This document shows positions 18,821 to 28,986 of a stretch of 64,000 bases of DNA, one piece after another. Source of the stretch: an uncultured Alphaproteobacteria bacterium (GTDB taxonomy: Bacteria; Pseudomonadota; Alphaproteobacteria; CAAHEQ01; UBA3637); assembly GCA_949286465.1 (NCBI GenBank), contig CASECI010000029.1, forward strand, positions 6,105 through 70,104, given 5' to 3'. Position 1 is the stretch's first letter. Every line of letters starts with the position of its first letter. Below the pieces are notes generated by a model, which saw nothing but the letters and a program-made list of their open reading frames with translations, was not told where the DNA came from and did not search any database. The position numbers were made by a program, and so were the translations under genes.

Positions 18821-21597
18821 ACAAAGCAGGACAGAAAATTTGTTTAATTGATGGCTCTGGCTATATATACAGAGCTTTTTATGCTATCCCGCCAATGACA
18901 CGCCCTAAAGACCAAAAGCCTATAAATGCTGTTTATGGGTTTACGTCTATGTTGATGCAGTTTTTTAAAGAAAATCAGTATGAATATATAGGTGTTGTTT
19001 TTGATGCGGAACGGCATAATTTTAGAAATGATATTTATCCTGACTATAAAGCGACACGTCGAGAAACACCAGAAGAATTAATACCTCAATTTCCTCTTAT
19101 TAGAGAGGCAGTAAAAGCTTTTAACGTTCTTAGTGTTGAAGAAGAGGGCTTTGAAGCAGATGATTTAATTGCAAGTTATACAAAAGCCGCTTTAGATCAA
19201 GAAATGGAAGTTGTTATTGTTTCTGCTGATAAAGATTTAATGCAGTTAATGGGCCCTCATGTATCAATTTATGATCCGATGAAAAGACAAATGTTGGGGC
19301 AGGAAGATGTTAAGGCTAAATTCGGCGTATCTGCGTGTCAAGTGATAGATGTTCAGGCTTTGGCGGGAGATACGTCTGATAATGTTCCGGGTGTAAAAGG
19401 CATAGGAATTAAAACAGCTTCAGAGCTTATTCAAGAGTTCGGTTCTTTAGAAAATTTATTAGAAAACGCACATCAAATACAACAAGCTCGACGACGTGAG
19501 CTTATTGTTAATGGAAAGGAAAATGCTCTTATTTCTAAGAAACTTGTTACATTAAGAGATGATGCTCCTTTGCCTTATTTGATAGATTCTTTTGTTGCTC
19601 AGAAACCAGATTCTGAGACAATTAGAACTTTTTTAGAGGATAATGGTTTTAAAAGTTTATTAGGTCGATTAAGTGGTTTTATAGAAGAAAAAAATAAAGA
19701 AACGCAGCCTATTTATTCGCATGATATAGAAATACATTATGAGGCCGTCCAAGATAAACAATCTCTTCAAGAGTGGGCAGATTTAATTAAGGAAAAAGGA
19801 ATTGTCGCTATAGATACAGAAACAGATTCGCTTAATCCTTTTGAAGCAGAAATGGCAGGGATTTCTTTATGTGTTGAGGAAGGAAAAGCATGTTATATTC
19901 CTTTAAGGCATACATCTTTAAATTCTGCAGAAGAGGATAGAGTTGATTTATTTGATTTTGATTCTAGCCCGACTGTAGAAAAACCGATACAGGTAAGTTT
20001 ATCAGATGTAAAAGAAATTTTACTTCCTGTTTTGAAAGATGAGGGTGTCGTAAAGATAGGGCATAACATTAAATTCGATTTGCAGGTCCTTAAGACAGAA
20101 TTTGGAGATGATTTTCAAATGGCTCCAATTGAAGATACAATTGTTATGGCGTATGACTTATATGGAACATCTCATGGTTTGAGTATGGATGAGTTAGCTC
20201 ATATTTATTTAAATAAGGAAACTATACATTATGAAGATGTTTGTGGCAAAGGGAAAAACGCTATCTTATTTAAGTATGTACCATTAGAAAAGGCGGTTCC
20301 TTATTCTGCGGAAGATGCAGATATAACAATGCGATTATATCATCTTTTTAAGCAACGATTAAAAGAAGAAAAAGCTGAAACAGTTTATCAAAACATTGAT
20401 TGTCCTTTAATAACCGTTTTGACAGAAATGGAAAGACGAGGAATCTTGGTGGATAAGGGGACATTGATGCAACTGAGCTTGAAATTCTCTAATGAGATGA
20501 ATCGTTTGGAAAAAGAAATTTACAATTTAGCAGGAGAGTATTTTAATATTAATTCTCCCTTACAATTAGGTGAAATTTTATTTGAGAAGATGAAATTAGA
20601 AGGAGGGAAAAAGAACTCCAAAACAGGATATTGGTCAACAGATCAAGAGACTTTAGAATCTTTGGCAGCTCAAGGAATAGAATTACCTGCAAAGATGTTA
20701 GATTATCGTCAGTATAGCAAATTAAAGACGACTTACGCAGATGCATTAACAAAGATGATAGATAATAAAACAGGTCGTGTTCATACAACTTTTTCTCAAA
20801 CAGTAACGGCAACGGGACGGTTAGCATCTAACAATCCTAATTTACAGAATATACCTATTCGTACTGAGGCTGGACGTTTAATTCGTTCAGCGTTTGTTGC
20901 ACAGAAGGGAAAAGTTTTGTTATCGGCTGATTATTCTCAGATTGAGCTTCGTCTTATTGCTGATGTTGCAAATGTGAAAAAATTAAAGGAAGCATTTGCG
21001 CAAGGATTAGATATTCACGCAGCAACAGCTTCTCAAGTTTTTAATATTCCTATTGAGAATATGGATCCAATGATACGGCGAAATGCTAAAGCGATTAACT
21101 TTGGAATTATTTATGGAATTTCTCCGTTTGGGCTGGCTCGGCAATTAGGAATTACAAAGACAGAAGCTAAACAGTATATTGATTCATATATGGCTCAATA
21201 TCCGGAAATCGGGCAATATATGAATGATACAGTTCAATTTGCAAAAGAGCATGGATATGTTTTAACCCCGTTTGGACGAAAATGTTTTATTAGTGGATTT
21301 GATAGTGGAGCAACTAGAGGTTTTGCTTCAAGAGCTGCAATTAATGCTCCTATTCAAGGGGGGGCGGCAGATATGATTAAAATGGCAATGAATAAAATGC
21401 CAGAAGCACTTAAATCTGCTCAATTAAAAACAACAATGATTTTACAGGTGCATGATGAGCTTATTTTTGAAACACCAGAAGATGAAATAGAAAAAGCATC
21501 TGCTTTAATTAAAGAGATTATGGAGAAAGTTGTGACATTGTCAGTTCCTTTAGAAGTCGAAATTGGAACCGGGCATAATTGGACACAAGCACATTAA
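18817..21597 (+). CDS. polA: DNA polymerase I
   Basis: 5'-nuclease 'LIDGSGYIYRAFYA', 3'-5' exonuclease 'IAIDTETDSL', polymerase motifs 'LLSADYSQIELR', 'RRNAKAINFGIIYG' and 'QVHDEL'. The ATG overlaps the gcrA stop (ATGA). Confidence 0.97.
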   Translation: MNKAGQKICLIDGSGYIYRAFYAIPPMTRPKDQKPINAVYGFTSMLMQFFKENQYEYIGVVFDAERHNFRNDIYPDYKATRRETPEELIPQFPLIREAVKAFNVLSVEEEGFEADDLIASYTKAALDQEMEVVIVSADKDLMQLMGPHVSIYDPMKRQMLGQEDVKAKFGVSACQVIDVQALAGDTSDNVPGVKGIGIKTASELIQEFGSLENLLENAHQIQQARRRELIVNGKENALISKKLVTLRDDAPLPYLIDSFVAQKPDSETIRTFLEDNGFKSLLGRLSGFIEEKNKETQPIYSHDIEIHYEAVQDKQSLQEWADLIKEKGIVAIDTETDSLNPFEAEMAGISLCVEEGKACYIPLRHTSLNSAEEDRVDLFDFDSSPTVEKPIQVSLSDVKEILLPVLKDEGVVKIGHNIKFDLQVLKTEFGDDFQMAPIEDTIVMAYDLYGTSHGLSMDELAHIYLNKETIHYEDVCGKGKNAILFKYVPLEKAVPYSAEDADITMRLYHLFKQRLKEEKAETVYQNIDCPLITVLTEMERRGILVDKGTLMQLSLKFSNEMNRLEKEIYNLAGEYFNINSPLQLGEILFEKMKLEGGKKNSKTGYWSTDQETLESLAAQGIELPAKMLDYRQYSKLKTTYADALTKMIDNKTGRVHTTFSQTVTATGRLASNNPNLQNIPIRTEAGRLIRSAFVAQKGKVLLSADYSQIELRLIADVANVKKLKEAFAQGLDIHAATASQVFNIPIENMDPMIRRNAKAINFGIIYGISPFGLARQLGITKTEAKQYIDSYMAQYPEIGQYMNDTVQFAKEHGYVLTPFGRKCFISGFDSGATRGFASRAAINAPIQGGAADMIKMAMNKMPEALKSAQLKTTMILQVHDELIFETPEDEIEKASALIKEIMEKVVTLSVPLEVEIGTGHNWTQAH

Positions 21598-21607
21598 AGA
21601 GGATAAG

Positions 21608-22849
21608 ATGAAGAAACCAGAATTATTATTACCTGCGGGTTCTTTAGACCGCTTAAAGACAGCAATCATGTATGGAGCGGATGCTATTTATTGTGGCTTA
21701 CCGAGTGTTTCTTTGCGGGCTAAAAGTTCTTTTACGATGGCAGATTTAAAAGAAGGCATTTTATACGCTCATGAGAAAGGTAAAAAAGTTTATTTAACAT
21801 TGAACTTGTTTACGCATAATAGTGATATTCCAAGATTAACAGAATGTGTTCAAATGTTGAAATTATTAAAACCTGATGGAGTTATTATAGCAGACCCAGG
21901 TGTTTTTGCTTTTGTTGGTAAAATGTGTCCCGAGTTGCCTCGGCATATTTCAACGCAAGCGAATGTTTGTTCTGCGTTAACTGTAGAGTATTGGAAGGAG
22001 CAGGGAGCATCTCTATGCGTCTTAGGACGTGAAGTTCCTTTATCAGAGATGAGAGAAATTCGTAAAATGTGCCCTGATATTAAATTAGAAGCTTTTGTGC
22101 ATGGAGCTATGTGTGTAAGTTATTCAGGTCGATGCTTGCTTTCTAATTTTATGACAGGCCGTAGTGCCAATAAAGGGAACTGTGCTCATTCATGTCGGTG
22201 GAAATATAAAGTTTATTTAGAGGAAGAACAACGTCCTGGGCAATTTTTTGAGTTGGAAGAGGACTCTCACGGAACATATATTATGAACTCTCGTGATTTG
22301 TGCCTTATGCCCAGATTAAATGAAGTTATGGATGTTGGTCTTGATTCCTTTAAAATTGAAGGGCGAAATAAATCAGAATATTATGTTGCTATTGCAGCAA
22401 GAGCTTATCGTAAAGCAATAGATGATTACTTTAATAATCCTAAAGACTGGAAACCCGATACTTATATTGAAGAATTGTCTACATTACAAAATAGAGGATA
22501 TACACTTGGTTTCCTTGATGGGAATGCAGGACCAGAAAGTCATAATTACGAAATATCTGCAAGTTCTGGAGCTTGGCGATATGCTGGGTTGGTTCAATCA
22601 AAAACGAATGATAGTCTTATTTTTGAGATTAAGCATAAAATAGAAAAGGGAGATGTCATTGAATTTTTATCTCCTTCCCAATTTGAACCAATTGTTTGGG
22701 AAATGACAGAATTTTATGATGCTTCAAATAATGCACCACTGGAGAGCATATCATCAGGTCATCTTGGTCAAGCCATTCGAATTCCAATGCCAATAGAAAT
22801 TTTAGATAAACTTCCAATATTATCTGTTGCACGTAAAAAAATAGTATAA
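21608..22849 (+). CDS. peptidase U32 family protein
   Basis: 'PELLLPAGSLDRLKTAIMYGADAIYCG' and 'FVHGAMCVSYSGRCLLS'. I chose the internal ATG at 21608 after GAGGA. The track start at 21563 overlaps polA. Confidence 0.85.
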   Translation: MKKPELLLPAGSLDRLKTAIMYGADAIYCGLPSVSLRAKSSFTMADLKEGILYAHEKGKKVYLTLNLFTHNSDIPRLTECVQMLKLLKPDGVIIADPGVFAFVGKMCPELPRHISTQANVCSALTVEYWKEQGASLCVLGREVPLSEMREIRKMCPDIKLEAFVHGAMCVSYSGRCLLSNFMTGRSANKGNCAHSCRWKYKVYLEEEQRPGQFFELEEDSHGTYIMNSRDLCLMPRLNEVMDVGLDSFKIEGRNKSEYYVAIAARAYRKAIDDYFNNPKDWKPDTYIEELSTLQNRGYTLGFLDGNAGPESHNYEISASSGAWRYAGLVQSKTNDSLIFEIKHKIEKGDVIEFLSPSQFEPIVWEMTEFYDASNNAPLESISSGHLGQAIRIPMPIEILDKLPILSVARKKIV

Positions 22850-22891
22850 AGAAAAATACATAAAATCTATTTAAGAAAATAGGGAAATAAA

Positions 22892-23530
22892 ATGAGCATA
22901 AAAACAGTTTTGGTATGGGATTGGGATAATACGCTTGTGGACACATATGAAGTTATATATCGTTCATTAAATGATTTAAGTCGATATTATAAGAAACCGG
23001 AAGTAACACCTGAAGAAACACTTCGTATTATTGGTAATTCTGGGCGTAAGTATTTATTTCAACAATACGGTTTAAATATGGATGAAGCGTCTGATTTTTA
23101 TTGGAAATGTTATTTAAAAAATGCTCATTATGTTAAGCCTATAAAAGGAGCCGAATCCTTATTAAAATGGACAAAAGAACAAGACTTTATAAGTGTTGTC
23201 GATAGTAATAAACGTGGAGATGTTTTAAGAAAGGAATGTCGAGATTTAAAGTGGACATCTTATTTTAATTCAATGGTTGGTTCAGAAGATACTTCTTATG
23301 AAAAGCCTTCTAAAGAAATGGCAATGTCTATTTTGGAGAAACTGGAATACGATAGATTAATAGTTATTGGAGATGGTTTGTCAGATATGCAGTTGGCTAA
23401 AAATTTAAATGCGACTTCTATATTTGTACGAGACATTCCACCTGCAGTAGACGAGTTTAAGAATGTTCGTATAGATTTTGATTGTAAAGATTTAAAACAA
23501 GTTAAAGAGGTTTTACAACAGCTTAAATAA
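22892..23530 (+). CDS. HAD-superfamily hydrolase
   Basis: Motif I 'VWDWDNTLVDT' and motif IV 'GDGLSDMQ'. Confidence 0.8.
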   Translation: MSIKTVLVWDWDNTLVDTYEVIYRSLNDLSRYYKKPEVTPEETLRIIGNSGRKYLFQQYGLNMDEASDFYWKCYLKNAHYVKPIKGAESLLKWTKEQDFISVVDSNKRGDVLRKECRDLKWTSYFNSMVGSEDTSYEKPSKEMAMSILEKLEYDRLIVIGDGLSDMQLAKNLNATSIFVRDIPPAVDEFKNVRIDFDCKDLKQVKEVLQQLK

Positions 23531-23531
23531 A

Positions 23532-24077
23532 TTATTTGTTGTTATATTCTTTTAAAATAATATCGCATACTTCTTGAGGCGTTAAATCAGTTGTATCAAT
23601 TACCATATCAAAGTTATTGGGGTCCTCAATATCCACCCCATATGTTTTTTTGAAACGTTCGATTTCGCTTGTCCGACGATTCATTGTTGCTTCCAAAGCA
23701 TCATCGATTGTCTTGTATTTTTTCTCTCCACTTCGAGAAGTATCATTTAAAATGCGTAAAGCAGCAGTTTTCGGTTCAACCGTTAATTTTACTTTGAAAG
23801 ATTTCGGCATAAAGAACCATGCCATGCGAGAGTCAATAGCATATAGTTGATTACTTTCTTCAAGTTGATTAAAAACGGAATCAATTTGCTGATCAATAGA
23901 GGGATCAGTATCAGCAAGCTGATTAAGTTCAAGTGTTGTCATATGATATTGAGCGGCGATTTTACGTTGTGCATCACCAGTTGAATAATGTATATAGCCT
24001 AATTTTTGAGCTAATAACTTCGCAATTGTAGATTTTCCACTTCCTAAAGAACCTGTAATTGTAATTGAACGGGGCAT
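23532..24077 (-). CDS. cytidylate-kinase-like P-loop kinase
   Basis: P-loop 'ITGSLGSGKSTIAKLLA' and about 180 aa of nucleoside-monophosphate-kinase-like layout. SD AGAGGA upstream. Confidence 0.65.
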   Translation of the reverse strand: MPRSITITGSLGSGKSTIAKLLAQKLGYIHYSTGDAQRKIAAQYHMTTLELNQLADTDPSIDQQIDSVFNQLEESNQLYAIDSRMAWFFMPKSFKVKLTVEPKTAALRILNDTSRSGEKKYKTIDDALEATMNRRTSEIERFKKTYGVDIEDPNNFDMVIDTTDLTPQEVCDIILKEYNNK

Positions 24078-24096
24078 AATTTCCTCTTTTATAAGA

Positions 24097-26085
24097 TTAA
24101 ATATCTAAATTTTCCACGAATTTAGCGTGTTCTTGAATGTATCTAAAACGCATTTCAGGATTAGTTCCCATTAATTCATCTACGATTTGAGCGGTATAAG
24201 CAGCTTCTTCTTGTTCTTGCTCATTTTTAGCGTCAGGCAGAACAACGCGTAAGAGAGTTCTCGTTTTTGGATTCATAGTTGTTTCTTTTAATTGAGAAGG
24301 AGGCATTTCTCCTAAACCTTTAAAACGACTAATATCTACATTTTTAGCGTTTTTGAAAACAGTATTTAATAAACGGTCTTTATCTTCATCATCAAAAGCA
24401 TAAACAGATTTATCTCCTTGAGTTAATCGATAAAGTGGAGGCATAGCTAAATAAACGTGCCCATTTTTAATTAAATCAGGCATTTCTTGATAAAATAAAG
24501 TCATCAGTAAAGAAGCAATATGAGCTCCATCGACATCTGCATCTGTCATAATGATAATCTTTTCATAACGTAAGGCATTTTCATCATATTTAGATTTAGT
24601 TCCACAGCCTAGTGCTTCTGTAATATCGCTAATTTCTTGATTGTTTATAATCTTGTCACGAGAGGCACTTGCAACATTAAGAATTTTTCCACGAATCGGT
24701 AAAATAGCTTGTGTTTCGCGAGAACGCGCTTGTTTAGCAGAGCCGCCAGCAGAATCACCTTCTACAATAAAGATTTCGGTTCCAACAGTAGATTTATGAG
24801 AACAATCGGCCAGCTTTCCTGGGAGACGAAGTCTTTTCGTAGCAGAAGCTCGTACTGTTTCTTGTACTTTCTTTTTGCGTTTACGTTCTTCAACTCGTTC
24901 AATGATGTAGTCTAGCAACAGATTAGCAGTTTTTGTATCTCCGGACAACCAATGATCAAAAGGGTCTTTAATTGCATTTTCGACTAAACGAGCCGCTTCT
25001 GGAGTAGCTAATTTTTCTTTTGTTTGCCCTTGGAATTGAGGATCTTTGATGAATAGAGAAAGCATAATTCCAGCGGTTCCAACGATATCATCAGCCGTAA
25101 TATCAGCAGCTTTTCTAGAGCCGACCATTTCTGCATAGCTTCGTAAACTTTTTGTTAGACCCGCTCTTAATCCTGTTTCATGAGTTCCCCCTTGAGGCGT
25201 TGGAATCGTATTACAGTATGAATAAAGGAAGGGATCGTATCCTTCTTCTGGCCAGGTAATAGCCCATTCAATATGGCCCATGTTATCTGCAAGTTCACTC
25301 CGTCCGGAGAAAGGGCGAGGTGTAATTAAAGGAGTGTCTTTTGTTAATACAGACAAGTAATCTTCGATACCATTTGGATATTTTAACACAGCTTCAGTAG
25401 GAGTAGTATCGCCTTCTAAAATTAATTCAGGAGCACAAGAGAAACGTAATTCTACCCCACGAAATAAGAAAGCCTTCGTTTTGACAGCTTTAAAAATTGT
25501 AGCAGGTTTAAAACGAGTTACTTCGCCAAAAATTTCAGTATCAGGCATAAAGGTGACAGTTGTTCCGCGTCTATTACTAACAGAGCCAACGCATTCAACC
25601 GGCGCTAGGGGAATCCCCCGACAATAGCTCTGACGATATAATTTTTTATCTCGAGCCACTTCGACAGTCATTTCGCTAGACAATGCATTGACAACTGATA
25701 AGCCAACGCCATGTAGACCGCCAGAAACAGCATAAGCCTTTCCGCCAAATTTACCTCCGGAATGAAGTGTCGTTGTGATAACTTCTAATGCAGATTTGTC
25801 TGGATATTTAGGATGTGGATCCACAGGAATCCCTCGTCCATTATCAGAGACAGAAATTCTTCCATCAGCCATCAATGTAACAGAGATAACAGAAGCAAAT
25901 CCAGCAACCGCTTCATCCATGGAGTTGTCGATAATTTCAGCAGCCAAGTGGTGATAAGCACGTTCGTCAATTCCTCCGATATACATGCCGGGACGGCGAC
26001 GAACTGGTTCAAGCCCTTCCAGAACTTCAATATCTTTTGCAGAATAGCTTGTATCTTTTACTGTTTCATTAAATAAATCTGTCAT
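24097..26085 (-). CDS. parE: DNA topoisomerase IV subunit B
   Basis: GHKL ATPase 'HHLAAEIIDNSMDEA' and 'GLHGVGLSVVNALS'. Toprim 'EIFIVEGDSAGGSAKQ' and 'IIIMTDADVDGAHI'. The 662-aa length from the internal start 'MTDLFNE...YSAKDIEVLEGLEPVRRRPGMYIGG' is ParE-sized rather than GyrB-sized. Confidence 0.82.
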   Translation of the reverse strand: MTDLFNETVKDTSYSAKDIEVLEGLEPVRRRPGMYIGGIDERAYHHLAAEIIDNSMDEAVAGFASVISVTLMADGRISVSDNGRGIPVDPHPKYPDKSALEVITTTLHSGGKFGGKAYAVSGGLHGVGLSVVNALSSEMTVEVARDKKLYRQSYCRGIPLAPVECVGSVSNRRGTTVTFMPDTEIFGEVTRFKPATIFKAVKTKAFLFRGVELRFSCAPELILEGDTTPTEAVLKYPNGIEDYLSVLTKDTPLITPRPFSGRSELADNMGHIEWAITWPEEGYDPFLYSYCNTIPTPQGGTHETGLRAGLTKSLRSYAEMVGSRKAADITADDIVGTAGIMLSLFIKDPQFQGQTKEKLATPEAARLVENAIKDPFDHWLSGDTKTANLLLDYIIERVEERKRKKKVQETVRASATKRLRLPGKLADCSHKSTVGTEIFIVEGDSAGGSAKQARSRETQAILPIRGKILNVASASRDKIINNQEISDITEALGCGTKSKYDENALRYEKIIIMTDADVDGAHIASLLMTLFYQEMPDLIKNGHVYLAMPPLYRLTQGDKSVYAFDDEDKDRLLNTVFKNAKNVDISRFKGLGEMPPSQLKETTMNPKTRTLLRVVLPDAKNEQEQEEAAYTAQIVDELMGTNPEMRFRYIQEHAKFVENLDI

Positions 26086-26207
26086 GATAATGGCAGTATA
26101 TGGGCTTTTGACATAAAAAGCAAGGTCTTTTTCACAGAGGAATGGTTTTATTGAAAAATAAGAAAATTTGTGGTATAATACCAAATATAAAAATAAAGGA
26201 GGACAAT

Positions 26208-26894
26208 ATGAATTTTTTGAAAAAGCTTCTGTTAAGAATAGAGTTAAACGCTCTTCCTAAAAATCCTATTATAGATGGGAGAAAGAATGATGAAGAGATA
26301 TTAAAGTTATCTGTTGCTCATGGTGATTTTAAAAGGGCAGACCTGTTGCTTAAGCTAGGTATTGATATTAATGCGCATTCTCAAAGTGATAAAACTCTTC
26401 TCGGCGAGGCCGTTGAAAGACGAGACATTGAAACAGTTAAGTTTTTAATAAATCATAAAGCAGATATAAATGCGGAAGATAATCATGGAATAACGCCTTT
26501 AATGTATGCTGTTAACGATGGTAATGTTGCGATGACGGAATTTTTACTTAATCGAGGGGCGGATGTTAAAAAGAAGAATAAAAGAGGTTTGTCTCCTCTT
26601 GGAATTGCGGCTAAATATGAAAATAAAAAAATGATAGATCTTTTGCTTGACTATGGAGCAGATGTGAATGTAACAGACAATAGAGGAAAGAAGCCGGTAG
26701 ATTATGTAAAGTCCGAAGAATTAAAAGAGATGTTAATTTCTAAAGATAAGGGCTTAAATCAAAAGGGGCACAAAGCTCTAAAAGATAAATTGCAACAGGC
26801 ATCGTCTCCTCAGTTATCCGATAAATATGTAAAATTGAACAAAGAATCGATCTCAGTAACCAATACGGCATTAGTGAAAAACAAAGGACGATAA
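26208..26894 (+). CDS. ankyrin-repeat protein
   Basis: ATG after AAGGAGG. Four clear ANK units, e.g. 'GITPLMYAVNDGNVAMTEFLLNRGADVKKKNKRGLSPLGIAAKYENKKMIDLLLDYGADVN'. Confidence 0.88.
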   Translation: MNFLKKLLLRIELNALPKNPIIDGRKNDEEILKLSVAHGDFKRADLLLKLGIDINAHSQSDKTLLGEAVERRDIETVKFLINHKADINAEDNHGITPLMYAVNDGNVAMTEFLLNRGADVKKKNKRGLSPLGIAAKYENKKMIDLLLDYGADVNVTDNRGKKPVDYVKSEELKEMLISKDKGLNQKGHKALKDKLQQASSPQLSDKYVKLNKESISVTNTALVKNKGR

Positions 26895-26896
26895 AG

Positions 26897-26926
26897 AAAA
26901 GGGCAAGAAAACTTGCCCTTTATTTT
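26897..26926. terminator. bidirectional hairpin terminator between ankyrin gene and cvpA
   Basis: 10-bp stem AAAGGGCAAG-aaaa-CTTGCCCTTT flanked by A- and T-rich runs. Confidence 0.75.
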
Positions 26927-27596
26927 ATTCTATCTCCATAATTAAATCATTCAAATCTTGGCGTTCTTGATCATCATAAGGAGAGATTTCTTCTTTCTCT
27001 GATTTTGTTTGAATTTTTCCATCTTCAGCCGGTTTAGAACTTTCTTCTTCAAATGCTTCTTCTTTTTCAATAAGTTCTTTAATGCTGTCAATATGTTCAT
27101 CAGATTTTTCAATATTTTCTAGGAATGTTGGCGGTAATAGTTTTTCCATCATATTCGTTGATTTTTGAATATAAGGGATAGTAAAATTTTCTTCTTCATA
27201 CTTATTTATATCTTGTTCGGGCATTAGAAGAGAAGCTGAAAAATAAACAATGGTAATTAGTAATGCTCCACGTAAGACGCCAAAAAATAAACCTAATAAT
27301 CGATCAAGACCGCTTAATGCAGATTGGCGTAATTTGCCGGTTATATAAGCATTAAATAAAGTACAGATGACTAAAATAACTAAAGCTATACAGCTAGCAC
27401 CGATAATATCCGCTACTGTTGGATTGGAAATCATTTTGCGGAAAAGAGGACGAACATAATAAAGTCCATAAAGAGCCCCCAAAGCAGCGAGTATCCAGGC
27501 TGTCAAACCGAGTAATTCCCGAACAAGTCCCCTATAGAAAGCAAAAATGGCAGAGATAAAAATAGTTAGCAATACAATAACATCAATGATTCCCAT
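26925..27596 (-). CDS. cvpA: CvpA-family membrane protein
   Basis: 'IDVIVLLTIFISAIFAFYRGLVRELL' and four TM helices typical of colicin V production protein. The ATG at 27596 is preceded by GGGGGA and overlaps the radA 3' end. Confidence 0.8.
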   Translation of the reverse strand: MGIIDVIVLLTIFISAIFAFYRGLVRELLGLTAWILAALGALYGLYYVRPLFRKMISNPTVADIIGASCIALVILVICTLFNAYITGKLRQSALSGLDRLLGLFFGVLRGALLITIVYFSASLLMPEQDINKYEEENFTIPYIQKSTNMMEKLLPPTFLENIEKSDEHIDSIKELIEKEEAFEEESSKPAEDGKIQTKSEKEEISPYDDQERQDLNDLIMEIE

Positions 27597-28986
27597 GTTG
27601 TCCCCCGATAAATAAATCGACAATACCTTTTAAATTACCTTCTTCTTTAATCTTGATAGTTGTTTTTCGGTCATTTTTCTTAGAACGGGCAGGAGGTATA
27701 AGTGCTTTTTTAAAGCCTAGCTTGTCAGCTTCTTTTAATCTTAAGTCCATTTGAGCAACAGCTCGAGTTTCTCCAGATAAACCAATTTCTCCGAAAACAA
27801 CCATATCTGCAGGAACTGGAACTTGAGATAAAGAAGAAATAAGAGCCGTTGCAACAGCCATATCTGCAGCAGGTTCTGTAATTTTTAAACCACCTGCGAC
27901 ATTGAGAAATATATCACGATTCCCAAGCATCAGTCCGCATCTAGCTTCTAAAACCGCAATTAGCATAGAAAGACGATTAGTATCCCAACCGACGACAGCT
28001 CGACGTGGATTAGAGCCTCCTGATGGAGCAACAAGCGCTTGAATTTCAACAAGCATCGGACGGCTCCCTTCTATTCCAGCATAAACACAGGAACCAGAAA
28101 TGTTTCCTCTTCTTTCTGCAAGAAATAGAGCAGAAGGATTGGGAACTTCGGCAAGTCCATTTCCTGTCATTTCAAAAACACCAATTTCATCGGTTGCTCC
28201 AAAACGATTCTTTACGGCACGGAGAATGCGAAAATGATGTCCTCTATCTCCTTCGAAATAAAGAACCGTATCAACCATATGCTCTAACACACGAGGTCCT
28301 GCTAATGTTCCTTCCTTAGTAACATGTCCAACTAAAAATAAAACAAATCCTTTTCTTTTGGCTAGACGAATAAGTTCATGACCAGCTGCCCGAACTTGCC
28401 CAACTGTTCCAGGAGCAGAATCAAGCGTATCAACATACATTGTTTGAATAGAATCAATGACGACAATATCTGGAGCTTCATTTCCATCTAGAGAAGTGAT
28501 GATATCGCGAACATTCATGGAAGAGGCTAAATCAATTCGTGCATTTGTTAGCCCTAATCTATTAGCTCTCAATCTAATTTGGTCAATAGATTCTTCTCCA
28601 GAAATGTAAACACATCGCGTAGGTGTTCCTTTTTTGTTGACTGTATCAGATAACTTTGCTGTTGCCTGTAAAAGGAGCGTTGATTTTCCAATACCTGGGT
28701 CTCCGCCAACTAAAATAACAGATCCCGGAACAAGACCTCCTCCACAAACACGATCTAGCTCTGCTATACCAGCTTTTAAACGGAATGTTTGTTCACTTAC
28801 ACCCTTTAAATCAACAAAATCTAAATGATGCCCAGGTTTAGAAGCAACAGATTTAGGAGCCTCTGCAGAAGCAATAGCTTCTTCAACTAGGGTATTCCAT
28901 TTACCACATATATCACATTTTCCAGCCCATTTAGGAAATGTAGCACCACATTCTTGACAAACGAAATGAGATGTTGCTTTAACCAT
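27583..28986 (-). CDS. radA: DNA repair protein RadA
   Basis: Zinc ribbon 'CQECGATFPKWAGKCDICGKW', Walker A 'GGDPGIGKSTLLLQ', 'KNRFG' motif and a Lon-protease-like C-terminus. Confidence 0.96.
   Translation of the reverse strand: MVKATSHFVCQECGATFPKWAGKCDICGKWNTLVEEAIASAEAPKSVASKPGHHLDFVDLKGVSEQTFRLKAGIAELDRVCGGGLVPGSVILVGGDPGIGKSTLLLQATAKLSDTVNKKGTPTRCVYISGEESIDQIRLRANRLGLTNARIDLASSMNVRDIITSLDGNEAPDIVVIDSIQTMYVDTLDSAPGTVGQVRAAGHELIRLAKRKGFVLFLVGHVTKEGTLAGPRVLEHMVDTVLYFEGDRGHHFRILRAVKNRFGATDEIGVFEMTGNGLAEVPNPSALFLAERRGNISGSCVYAGIEGSRPMLVEIQALVAPSGGSNPRRAVVGWDTNRLSMLIAVLEARCGLMLGNRDIFLNVAGGLKITEPAADMAVATALISSLSQVPVPADMVVFGEIGLSGETRAVAQMDLRLKEADKLGFKKALIPPARSKKNDRKTTIKIKEEGNLKGIVDLFIGGQHGNH

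Noticed and set aside
26085-26207. Apparent overlap between the parE ORF (track start 26184) and the ankyrin ORF (track start 26142), plus similar N-terminal extensions at pgsA, U32, cvpA, cstA and others.
   Set aside because: Internal ATGs preceded by clear SD sequences give N-termini that match the family norm. Examples are 'MTDLFNE...' for ParE and 'MNFLKK...' after AAGGAGG for the ANK protein. The extensions are artefacts of longest-ORF calling.
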